From: an uncultured Ignavibacteriaceae bacterium
GTDB lineage: Bacteria; Bacteroidota; Ignavibacteria; UBA10030
Direction: 5' to 3'
Assembly (NCBI GenBank): GCA_964651225.1
Contig: CAZYYD010000011.1
Location: 25,160 to 89,159, forward strand
DNA: 64,000 nt
The notes below the pieces were generated by a model. It worked only from the letters and a program-made list of their open reading frames with translations, was not told where the DNA came from and did not search any database. Both the position numbers and the translations under genes were made by a program. Shown here piece after piece: positions 25,441 to 33,806 of this stretch. The stretch's first letter is position 1. Every line of letters starts with the position of its first letter.

Positions 25441-27321
25441 ATGAAGCTTCGGTTTTTATATCGCAGAATTCTTTTTGCTGCATTACTTTTGCAGACAGTC
25501 ATGGCACTGGCGCAGGTGAGCAATGTGAATCATCCGGGAAGCGGACCGTATTCCACTATTTCCTCTGCTATCAATAATGCGGCAACGGTTCCTGGTGACA
25601 CATTAACTATCGCTGCCGGAACGTATTCAGAGAATGTCAGCATAACAAAAAAGCTGACGCTGATTGGAGCGGGAACATCTACTCTTATCAATCCTTCCTC
25701 AGGGATCGGTATCACTCTCTCGTCCGACTCGGTCAAAATTGCCAATCTCAGAGTTGCTAACGTACCAAGGTGGGGGATCTATGCCTCCGGAAGAAAAGGA
25801 TTGATGCTGACGAACGTTGTCTGCGAAGGAGACAGCGTTGGCGCGGAACTGAACAGTATCACAGGACTGACGGTGACATCAAGCGTCTTCTCACGCAATA
25901 ATCATCATGGATTCTATTCGTCCAGCGGACAAAATTTTACGTTCACAGACTGCGTGTTCAACGAAAACGGAAAAACGATTGGAGACGGATCAGGACTGAA
26001 GTTCTACAATCTGAAGGGTTCTTCGACATTTGCGAACTCAACCGTGGACAGTAATCGATATCACGGAATGGAGATCAGGTCTGGCTGCGTCCATGTGACG
26101 GTCAATGGTGGTGAATTCAAGAAAAACGGTTCGAGTTCAACGGCTGGATCCGACGGCGGAGGTATTTATATCGGATCGTACGGAGGCACTACAATAGGTA
26201 GTGTGATCATCAACGGACCTCTCATAGCCAGCAACAATGCAACAGCCGGTATCTATGCGGATGCGCATTCGAGTACTGCCGATTCTATCAACGACCTCAC
26301 TATTGGTCAGACCGATGTAATATCATTGACGAGCAATGGTATTTCCGAGGGGGCTGGAATACTTTTCTGGGGGAATATCCGAAACGCCAGTGTGACAGCA
26401 AATTTTTCTAAAGGAACGATTTCAACCTCGGCGGGTATCATCATCGTCGGAAGCAATTCTCTCGGCTCATCTTCCCCCGCGAATGTCTCTATAACCGGAA
26501 GTATATTTAATGCCGGTTATGCGCCAACGACTCCTGCCATTTCTTTGGCAGATGCCCAGCCCACACCGAACTACATCGGTATCAATGGAGTCACCGCTGC
26601 AGGCAACACATTTGTCGGGGTACTCAGCTCTGACATCGACGCGCAGGTCATCTACGACTCTCTTGACAAATCAACACTCGGTCGAGTGACACACACAAAC
26701 GACAATCCGCTTCCCGTGGAGCTTGTATCGTTTGGAGCGACGGTTGCAGGGCAGAACGTCCACCTTGTCTGGTCAACGGCAATGGAGGTAAATAATTATG
26801 GATTTGAAGTGGAGAAAAGAGCAGTTAGCAGCGAGCAGTCAGTAGCAAGCAATTGGTTGAAGGTCGGCATGGTGCAGGGTGCAGGGACGAGCACTATTCT
26901 GAGGAACTATTTTTTTGAGGATGGCGTTACACGTGCAGGCCGTTATGCATATCGTTTAAAGCAAATTGATAACGACGGAGCGTTTAAATATTCGCAAGAA
27001 ATGGAGCTGGAAATTGGCGTACCACACAATTTTAGGCTGTTTCAAAATCATCCCAACCCATTTAATCCAACGACAATTATTAGTTACGAGTTACCAGTTA
27101 CAAGTAACGTTTCTCTAACAATTTTTGACCTCCTTGGTCGGGAAGTTGCGATGCTTGTTGATGGAATGAAAGAAGCAGGATATTATACTGCAGTGTTTTC
27201 CACTTCAGGCGGCAATGGGTCACCGTTCGCGAGCGGTTTGTACTTTGCACGCTTTATTGCACAGCCCGCCGATGGGGGAAAATATTTTGAAGACGTGACA
27301 AAAATGATGTTTACAAAATGA
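25441..27321 (+). CDS. Secreted beta-helix repeat protein (tandem paralog) with FN3-like pre-CTD module and T9SS sorting domain
   Basis: ATG 25441 is right after the TTG used by the ORF track. The N-terminal ~330 aa are collinear with the upstream gene. It has an extra module PVELVSFGATVAGQNVHLVWST..NNYGFEVEKR...GRYAYRLKQIDNDGAFKYS. The CTD is HPNPFNPTTIISYEL...GLYFARF. Confidence 0.85.
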   Translation: MKLRFLYRRILFAALLLQTVMALAQVSNVNHPGSGPYSTISSAINNAATVPGDTLTIAAGTYSENVSITKKLTLIGAGTSTLINPSSGIGITLSSDSVKIANLRVANVPRWGIYASGRKGLMLTNVVCEGDSVGAELNSITGLTVTSSVFSRNNHHGFYSSSGQNFTFTDCVFNENGKTIGDGSGLKFYNLKGSSTFANSTVDSNRYHGMEIRSGCVHVTVNGGEFKKNGSSSTAGSDGGGIYIGSYGGTTIGSVIINGPLIASNNATAGIYADAHSSTADSINDLTIGQTDVISLTSNGISEGAGILFWGNIRNASVTANFSKGTISTSAGIIIVGSNSLGSSSPANVSITGSIFNAGYAPTTPAISLADAQPTPNYIGINGVTAAGNTFVGVLSSDIDAQVIYDSLDKSTLGRVTHTNDNPLPVELVSFGATVAGQNVHLVWSTAMEVNNYGFEVEKRAVSSEQSVASNWLKVGMVQGAGTSTILRNYFFEDGVTRAGRYAYRLKQIDNDGAFKYSQEMELEIGVPHNFRLFQNHPNPFNPTTIISYELPVTSNVSLTIFDLLGREVAMLVDGMKEAGYYTAVFSTSGGNGSPFASGLYFARFIAQPADGGKYFEDVTKMMFTK

Positions 27322-27616
27322 AAATAATTCCAAATTTTTCTTTGAGAATGGCCAATTTTCTGGTGTGATTCTAATCACCAAAACAACAAATAATCTCTTT
27401 GTTGGAAAAAACACTTGCATTTTACGTGGAGAAGAGATAGTTTCTAATGTATGCACCGAGGAAGGTGATTCTATGGGAATATGCGTTGTGCCTGTACTTC
27501 AACTCTAATAGGGGAGGCTGCTTCATCAATCGTTTAATCGTCATAGTATACATTTCTTCTCGTACACAAAAAAAAATAAAACATAATTTATTCACTTCCT
27601 TCACAGGAGGAAACAA

Positions 27617-30600
27617 ATGAAAAAGACAACACAATTTGTCGTACAAATTCTTCTGCTTGCTCTTCTCACAAGTTCCATGGCGTGGGCACAAGCTGTTGGC
27701 GATTATGGTTCTTTAGGAACAGGCAATTGGGGAACAACTGGAGCAAATTGGGTAGTTTGCGTGACACCAGGCACTTGGGTTGGTGCAACAGCAGCGGGAG
27801 CTGCACCGACTTCGGCAGTCAATGTTTGGATTCGCACCGGACATAGCGTGACGGTCGAAGCTTCTCCAAAGAATTGTGCTAATTTGACGATCGAAACAGG
27901 GGCTGTATTGTATTCTCAGCAAACCACAACAACGAATCGATATGTTCGTGTGTACGGTTCAACGATTACAACGAATGGTACATTTGGCGACGTGGCGGAC
28001 GGTCTGGGCATAGAGCCTTATGCGAGTGTTACACTTACTGGCACGGGCACATTGAGGCCATGCAGAGTCAGGCCCGGCGCAAATCTTTCAAATGCTACGA
28101 TCACGATAGACCAGGATATGACACTGACGTATACCGGATCTTCTGGTACTGGCGGATCTGGTTTATACACATTCAATTCAGGTACAACGGATAATATCAG
28201 TGTAATCGTGCATTCAGGAAAGACGGTTACCGCAGTACCAAATTGTAACATTGCTACGAGTTCATCGACTGCAACGGATGGCGCTGCGAGTTCTACATTT
28301 ACTATTGATGGTACTCTGACGCTCCAAGGCGGGATTTTATCCCTTCGTATTGCCTCTGGAAAAACCTGTAACCTTACAGTGAATGGCACAGTTGATATAG
28401 GTAAAGACCTAATTCCGACTGGAACAACTGGTGTTGCAAGCACAATTGTTGTGAATGGCGGTGGAGAATTAAAGCTTACCGGATCCTCCCGGACCGCATT
28501 CTTTGATAATGCGTCGCAAACAGTGACCGGTGCAGGGACATTTACACTTGGCAGCGGTAACGCCATTACGATCGGTGCTGCTGCAGGTCTTGATCCCACC
28601 AATGGACCGATCAGAACAACTACACGCAATTTTAGTACCGGTGCAGACTATTCTTATGTGGGCACTGCTGCTCAAGCTACAGGTAGTGACCTTCCAGCAT
28701 CAGTGAACAATCTCACAGTGATCAATGCGGCAGGAGTAACTTTATCTCAAGCATTAAACGTAACTGGCACGCTCACACTCACAAGCGGCAATTTTACTCT
28801 CGATGGCAAAACACTCACACTCGGTGGTGCTCTGCCTGTCAATGTCGCTAATTTGATGGTAGGCAGTCCATCAACATTGACTGTATCTGTTCCAGGTACT
28901 TATGCGACTATTGGTGAAGCAATTGCTGCGACTTCACCTCAGGCAAGTGGTATCAATCTTGCTGCACAGAACTTTGCTGAGAATGTAGTTGTTAACAGAA
29001 AACTAACATTATCAGGCGTGGGAGCAACCTCTATTATCAATCCGAGTTCCGGTATCGGGGTTAAAGTAACTGCAAATGATGTAACGTTGCAGAGCTTTAA
29101 AGTCACTGGGACTGGAAATCATGGCATCTATGCGGGGAACGTTTCTAACCTGACGATCACGAGTGTCGAGGCGAGCTCAAACACCCTGTCTGGCGTCGCT
29201 CTTCAAGGTGTGACGGGCACATCGGTTTTGACAAATATTACTGCAACGAATAATAGCAAACATGGTCTTGAGATTGGAAAAAATTCATCAGCCGTTCAGG
29301 TATCCGGCGGAACGTTCACCGGTAATGGTACTGCAGGCGATCTGAGTACAGGTGGCGGTATTATCCTTTATGCAGATGCGGGCACAACAACCACCGGAAT
29401 ATCAATTTTTGGAACAGTGAATGCAAGTACCAATAAAACAGCAGGAATTTATCTCTACTGCGACGCTACAGGTCATATCAATAATACAACGATTGGCGCT
29501 ACGGGAACAATCACGTTGGATGACAACGGTACAGATGGGGGCGGCGGAGCGGCGGTAGTCGTTTCTGGTCCGTGCGACAATACGCAAATCAAAGCGAATT
29601 CAACTCGATCCGTGGCATGGCAGACAGCTGGACTCGTCGTGGTCGGCACGGATGCAAATGGTGCCAATTCGCCAACAAATACCACCGCTGCCAACTGTAA
29701 TTTGAGCGGCTTCAGTACGACCTCTCCTGCTGGAACGATGAAAGTTTCAAACGGAACGCAGACACGGATCAGTGTGAATGATGTGGATGCGACGAGCGGA
29801 AATTTGATCAACGGTGTAGCGACTGGTTTTGATGTCGAAGATATTTTGAAACATAAGGTGGACAGTCTGGCATTAGGTCTCTTCAAAGGGCCCGGTACAG
29901 AATTGTTTGTGACACCCAACAGCGGTTCTATTCAACGGGCCGTCGATATGGCAAGTTCGTACACGGTGACACAAATCAATGTGCAAGACGGTACCTATGC
30001 TGAAAATGTTGTTGTTAATAAGGCGCTGGTACTGAATGGACAAGGTGCGAATACTATTATTAAGCCAAGTTCCGGAACGGCAGTCGATGTGACGATTGCA
30101 GGTGTGACGTTACAAAATCTTAATATTTATCTCACTGCTCCTTTTACACCAACGGTGGCACCGACCTCTACAAATAATATCTTTACATTCCCTGTAAAGG
30201 TAAAGGTGTTTATGCAAGGTCCATATAGCGGTGGGACGATGTCCACAGCTCTTGCAGACGCAAATCTTATTCCGACAAGCCAACCGTATACCGTGGCTCC
30301 ATTTAGCTATGCAGGGAGTGAGACTGCAGTCGATGCCGGTTTCTTTGCTCGCCAAAGTATAACTGACTGGGTTCTGGTTGAGCTTCGGTCCACGTCTAAC
30401 GGTGCAGCAGTTGACCGCCGTACAGCATTCTTGAAAAACGATGGAACTGTGCTGGGCGCGGATAGTGCAGAGGGTGTTACATTTAGCGTCGCCACTGCTG
30501 GTGATTATTATATTGTTGTGAACCACCGAAATCATTTAGCAGTGATGAGTGCTGCTTCAGTGACATTACCCAATGCCTCGGCATATGATTTCACCACGGC

Positions 30601-30850
30601 TCTAGACCAGGCATTTGGAACAACAACTCCAATGGCTGATTTGACAGGAGCCTTTGGAATGTGGTCTGGCGATACAGATGGAAACGGAGTTATTGCTTTG
30701 GCTGATAAAAATAATACCTGGAATGATAGAAACCAGACAAATGTATATCAGGGAACTGATACTGATCTTAATGGTGTTGTTGCATTAGCTGATAGAAATA
30801 ATACCTGGAACAATAGAAATAAGGTCGGTCAGGTTCCAGCATCCTTATAG
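27617..30850 (+). CDS. Large secreted beta-helix/adhesin-like protein (1077 aa) ending in a dockerin-like double Ca-binding repeat
   Basis: RBS aggagg. Signal peptide MKKTTQFVVQILLLALLTSSMAWAQ. The central rungs are similar to the two upstream paralogs (NRKLTLSGVGATSIINPSSGIGVKV..). The C-terminus is GDTDGNGVIALADKNNTWNDRNQ / TDTDLNGVVALADRNNTWNNRNK (D-x-D-x-N-G-x-x-x-x-x-D twice). There is no T9SS CTD. Confidence 0.85.
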   Translation: MKKTTQFVVQILLLALLTSSMAWAQAVGDYGSLGTGNWGTTGANWVVCVTPGTWVGATAAGAAPTSAVNVWIRTGHSVTVEASPKNCANLTIETGAVLYSQQTTTTNRYVRVYGSTITTNGTFGDVADGLGIEPYASVTLTGTGTLRPCRVRPGANLSNATITIDQDMTLTYTGSSGTGGSGLYTFNSGTTDNISVIVHSGKTVTAVPNCNIATSSSTATDGAASSTFTIDGTLTLQGGILSLRIASGKTCNLTVNGTVDIGKDLIPTGTTGVASTIVVNGGGELKLTGSSRTAFFDNASQTVTGAGTFTLGSGNAITIGAAAGLDPTNGPIRTTTRNFSTGADYSYVGTAAQATGSDLPASVNNLTVINAAGVTLSQALNVTGTLTLTSGNFTLDGKTLTLGGALPVNVANLMVGSPSTLTVSVPGTYATIGEAIAATSPQASGINLAAQNFAENVVVNRKLTLSGVGATSIINPSSGIGVKVTANDVTLQSFKVTGTGNHGIYAGNVSNLTITSVEASSNTLSGVALQGVTGTSVLTNITATNNSKHGLEIGKNSSAVQVSGGTFTGNGTAGDLSTGGGIILYADAGTTTTGISIFGTVNASTNKTAGIYLYCDATGHINNTTIGATGTITLDDNGTDGGGGAAVVVSGPCDNTQIKANSTRSVAWQTAGLVVVGTDANGANSPTNTTAANCNLSGFSTTSPAGTMKVSNGTQTRISVNDVDATSGNLINGVATGFDVEDILKHKVDSLALGLFKGPGTELFVTPNSGSIQRAVDMASSYTVTQINVQDGTYAENVVVNKALVLNGQGANTIIKPSSGTAVDVTIAGVTLQNLNIYLTAPFTPTVAPTSTNNIFTFPVKVKVFMQGPYSGGTMSTALADANLIPTSQPYTVAPFSYAGSETAVDAGFFARQSITDWVLVELRSTSNGAAVDRRTAFLKNDGTVLGADSAEGVTFSVATAGDYYIVVNHRNHLAVMSAASVTLPNASAYDFTTALDQAFGTTTPMADLTGAFGMWSGDTDGNGVIALADKNNTWNDRNQTNVYQGTDTDLNGVVALADRNNTWNNRNKVGQVPASL

Positions 30851-30895
30851 TATTTTAAATAAATATACAAACATCAATTATTTGAGGAGAGTCCA

Positions 30896-32077
30896 ATGAA
30901 GAAGATGATTCTGGTTGTAATGGTCCTTGCGGCATTTTGCTGGAATCTTGCCGCGGCCCAAACTGTTGAATTGCGGGTTGAAAATCAATCCATTAGCGGT
31001 ACGGTATATTCATTCGATATTTATATGAGAGCAACAGTAGGCACTGTTTATTGGTTCGGTGCCGATCTTGTCTTAACATTTAATAACGCGAATTTTACTT
31101 CGCCAGTGTGTGCGAGGGCAGCAGTAACAGGAAACTGGGTGCTGGATAACACTCTTGGTGATGGTACTACTTCGTTAGGTGGAACCGTATCAGCTTCGTA
31201 TCGAGGGGCTACCTCTCCTGCTGCGATCACCGGAAATGAAATCATTATAAATGTTAATTCGCCTTCTTTTGTTGATCAAGATGAATTTGATGCGAATGTT
31301 GCAGTTATTGATGCGGCAATGTCTCACAAGATTGGCCGATACACCATATCCGGTATATCGAATGCTGCGGGAACCATGGGCCTTGCGTGGAAGACATCTG
31401 GTGGTGGAGTAGTTACAGCAATATCAACATGTGCAAATACAAGTCCATGGGCTGCCAGCACGGTAACACTTGATGTCTCTCCACTAATTCCTGATGTTCT
31501 TTTACCCGTCGAACTTACATCCTTCACTGCCTCGGCTAATCGTCTGACTGCCCAGCTTGCTTGGACAACAGCGACCGAAAAGAACAACTTCGGATTCGAT
31601 GTTGAACGCAGGATAATGGGAAGTGATGCATCAGCGTGGACGAAGGTTGGGTTTGTAACCGGTTCAGGCACAAAATCCACACCGACAGAGTATACTTACA
31701 CGGATAGAAGTGTAACCGCCGGCCGGTATGCGTATAGAATCAAGCAGATCGACAATGACGGCACATTTAAATATGCGCAAGCAGCAGAAGTTGAAGTTGG
31801 TCTTGCTGCAAAAGTGCTGACACTGACCGATGCTTATCCGAATCCATTCAACCCCGCAACGTTAATCGAGTTTACACTTCCGCAAGATGGCCGTGCGACC
31901 TTGAAGGTCTATAACACCATCGGTCAGGAAGTAGCGAATCTCTTTGACGGTGAGGCGGCAGCCGGACGGATCATCCAGGCCAGGTTTGACGCAAAAAGTC
32001 TTGCCTCGGGTATCTATTTTGCACGCCTCGAGTTCGATGGCAAATCGATGCTCAGGAAAATGCTCTTGATGAAATAA
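30896..32077 (+). CDS. Secreted protein: N-terminal cohesin-like beta-sandwich (tentative), FN3-like pre-CTD module, T9SS sorting domain
   Basis: RBS gaggag. Signal peptide MKKMILVVMVLAAFCWNLAAAQ. The N-terminal VELRVENQSISGTVYSFDIYMRAT...GADLVLTFNNANF is reminiscent of cohesin modules. It then has PVELTSFTASANRLTAQLAWTT..NNFGFDVERR...GRYAYRIKQIDNDGTFKY and the CTD YPNPFNPATLIEFTL...GIYFARL. Confidence 0.85.
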   Translation: MKKMILVVMVLAAFCWNLAAAQTVELRVENQSISGTVYSFDIYMRATVGTVYWFGADLVLTFNNANFTSPVCARAAVTGNWVLDNTLGDGTTSLGGTVSASYRGATSPAAITGNEIIINVNSPSFVDQDEFDANVAVIDAAMSHKIGRYTISGISNAAGTMGLAWKTSGGGVVTAISTCANTSPWAASTVTLDVSPLIPDVLLPVELTSFTASANRLTAQLAWTTATEKNNFGFDVERRIMGSDASAWTKVGFVTGSGTKSTPTEYTYTDRSVTAGRYAYRIKQIDNDGTFKYAQAAEVEVGLAAKVLTLTDAYPNPFNPATLIEFTLPQDGRATLKVYNTIGQEVANLFDGEAAAGRIIQARFDAKSLASGIYFARLEFDGKSMLRKMLLMK

Positions 32078-32106
32078 TACCACTCTTGAGAGCTGTTTGA
32101 AATGGC

Positions 32107-32146
32107 AACGCTCCTCTGCTGCAGAAGCAGGGGAGCGTTTTATTTT
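32107..32146 (+). terminator. Rho-independent terminator
   Basis: aacgctcctctgct gcaga agcaggggagcgtt forms a 14-bp stem (one G-U pair), followed by ttattttg. It sits between convergent genes. Confidence 0.7.
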
Positions 32147-32197
32147 GTATCCTACGGCTACAATTTAAAGTGTTCTTGAAGAATTTCAGTGCTACCT

Positions 32198-32719
32198 CTA
32201 TGCCATTGTCCAATCATTTCTTCGTGAGAGAAAATCTCCAATCGTTTTCGGCTTCACCAGGGCACCGATGGACGATCGCTCAAAGAGCATGATCGATTGA
32301 AGACTGGTCAGGGGATTGGGAAACGTAATACTTACAGTGTTGTTATTGTTCGAAAATGTATAGACTCCCGGCACTATGACCGTCGTATCGGTGGATCCTG
32401 ACTTATAGGTAATATCCGCCTTGAGATTGCCGGATCCCGCTTCGATAATCGTGAGTGAAAGATTTGCCGTCAATCCGTCCCCCGGTTTTGCATACTGCAA
32501 TGTGCCGGCAGTGTCCACGGTCAAGGTCGAAGAATTCCCGTCCGCGCGTACTTCAAATCCGATCATATCCGCGCTGGAATACCAGACACCGACAAAAGCG
32601 GGATCGATGGGGGAATGATTCGGACCCGTCTCATCTTTTTTGCAGGCATTGAAAACGAAGAGCAACACGAAGAAGCACGGTAAAACGGATGGAATAATTC
32701 TCGGGATTTTTAGTGCCAT
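32198..32719 (-). CDS. Hypothetical lipoprotein (173 aa)
   Basis: Signal peptide with lipobox LLFVFNAC. I recognised no domain. Confidence 0.65.
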   Translation of the reverse strand: MALKIPRIIPSVLPCFFVLLFVFNACKKDETGPNHSPIDPAFVGVWYSSADMIGFEVRADGNSSTLTVDTAGTLQYAKPGDGLTANLSLTIIEAGSGNLKADITYKSGSTDTTVIVPGVYTFSNNNNTVSITFPNPLTSLQSIMLFERSSIGALVKPKTIGDFLSRRNDWTMA

Positions 32720-32863
32720 GCCGCTGAGATCTCTGTCTATGGATTATTTCCAAGATTCTGCAATAAGTATAGTGCATTGACCTCAATTAATCAAGGCAGC
32801 AGAAGAGTAAGAAGTGTGAGAGTATTCTCCTCTCCTTGCAAGTTGTCAATCGAAGGAAAGTAC

Positions 32864-32914
32864 TTGACACTCTTGGATGGATACTGTATATTCTTACAGT
32901 GTATATCCATACAG
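32864..32914 (+). promoter_or_regulatory. lexA promoter with two abutting SOS boxes
   Basis: The promoter is TTGACA (32864-32869), a 17-nt spacer, then TATATT (32887-32892). Box 1 is CTGTATATTCTTACAG (32884-32899, CTGT-N8-ACAG) and overlaps the -10. Box 2 is GTGTATATCCATACAG (32899-32914, one mismatch). Confidence 0.65.
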
Positions 32915-32942
32915 CAAGTTCAGGAAAAAGGAAAGGTGACCT

Positions 32943-33590
32943 ATGGGAATGGAGTCTCTGACAGAATCGCAGCAGAAGATAGTGAACATCCTCCGGGAAT
33001 TTATCGCGGAACACTCCTATCCGCCCTCGCTCCAGGAACTCTCCGACATTTTACAAGTGAATATCAACGCTGTGAGAGACCGGCTGAAGGTGTTAAGCAG
33101 GAAAGGAGTGATTCGCATGACTCCGAACGTATCGCGAGGCCTTGAATTGCTCGATCGACGACCCTCCGGAATTCCCATCTATGGCTATGTTCCTGCCGGT
33201 CATCCCTTTATGTCCCAGGAGAATATTGTCGATACCTTTGAGACCCGGAAGTATCTCTCTGCTTCGGAGAATGTCTTTGGCCTCTATGTCCGCGGCGACA
33301 GTATGAAGGATGCCAACCTTGAGACCGATGATCTCATTTTTGTTGATCCGAACGAAGAACCGCGCAACGGCAGGATGGTGGTCGCCCTGGTCGAGGGAGA
33401 ACCGACAGTGAAATGGTACCGCAAAGAAGGAGAGACAATTACCCTGGTCCCGGCTAACAAAAAATTCAAAACGATCATTGTCAGTAAACAGGATGAACAA
33501 TTTAAGATTGTGGGCGTTGTTATTGCGCTGATGCGGTCGTTCGATAAGAAGAGGATCGATAAAGCGATGAAGCTTCGAAAGGCTTCTTAG
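32943..33590 (+). CDS. lexA: LexA repressor (S24 peptidase)
   Basis: N-terminal wHTH (SLQELSDILQVNINAVRDRLKVLSRKGVI). Cleavage-site-like VPAG. Catalytic Ser in VRGDSMKDA and Lys in EPTVKWY. Confidence 0.9.
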   Translation: MGMESLTESQQKIVNILREFIAEHSYPPSLQELSDILQVNINAVRDRLKVLSRKGVIRMTPNVSRGLELLDRRPSGIPIYGYVPAGHPFMSQENIVDTFETRKYLSASENVFGLYVRGDSMKDANLETDDLIFVDPNEEPRNGRMVVALVEGEPTVKWYRKEGETITLVPANKKFKTIIVSKQDEQFKIVGVVIALMRSFDKKRIDKAMKLRKAS

Positions 33591-33806
33591 GCCTGTTATT
33601 TTACCGACTCAATCGAGCTGTTGGGGAGCCATCATCCACCCATCAAAAACGCTCTTTCCAGGTCTCTTTTTTCCTCCATATTCGTTATATTAACTCTCCA
33701 AAGTGTCACACTGATCACGGCACAGATTTCTCAGATGCTACTTGAAATATCAATCGGATGTATCGATATTATAATATAAGGCTATTCTGAAACGGAGGGA
33801 TTTCCC

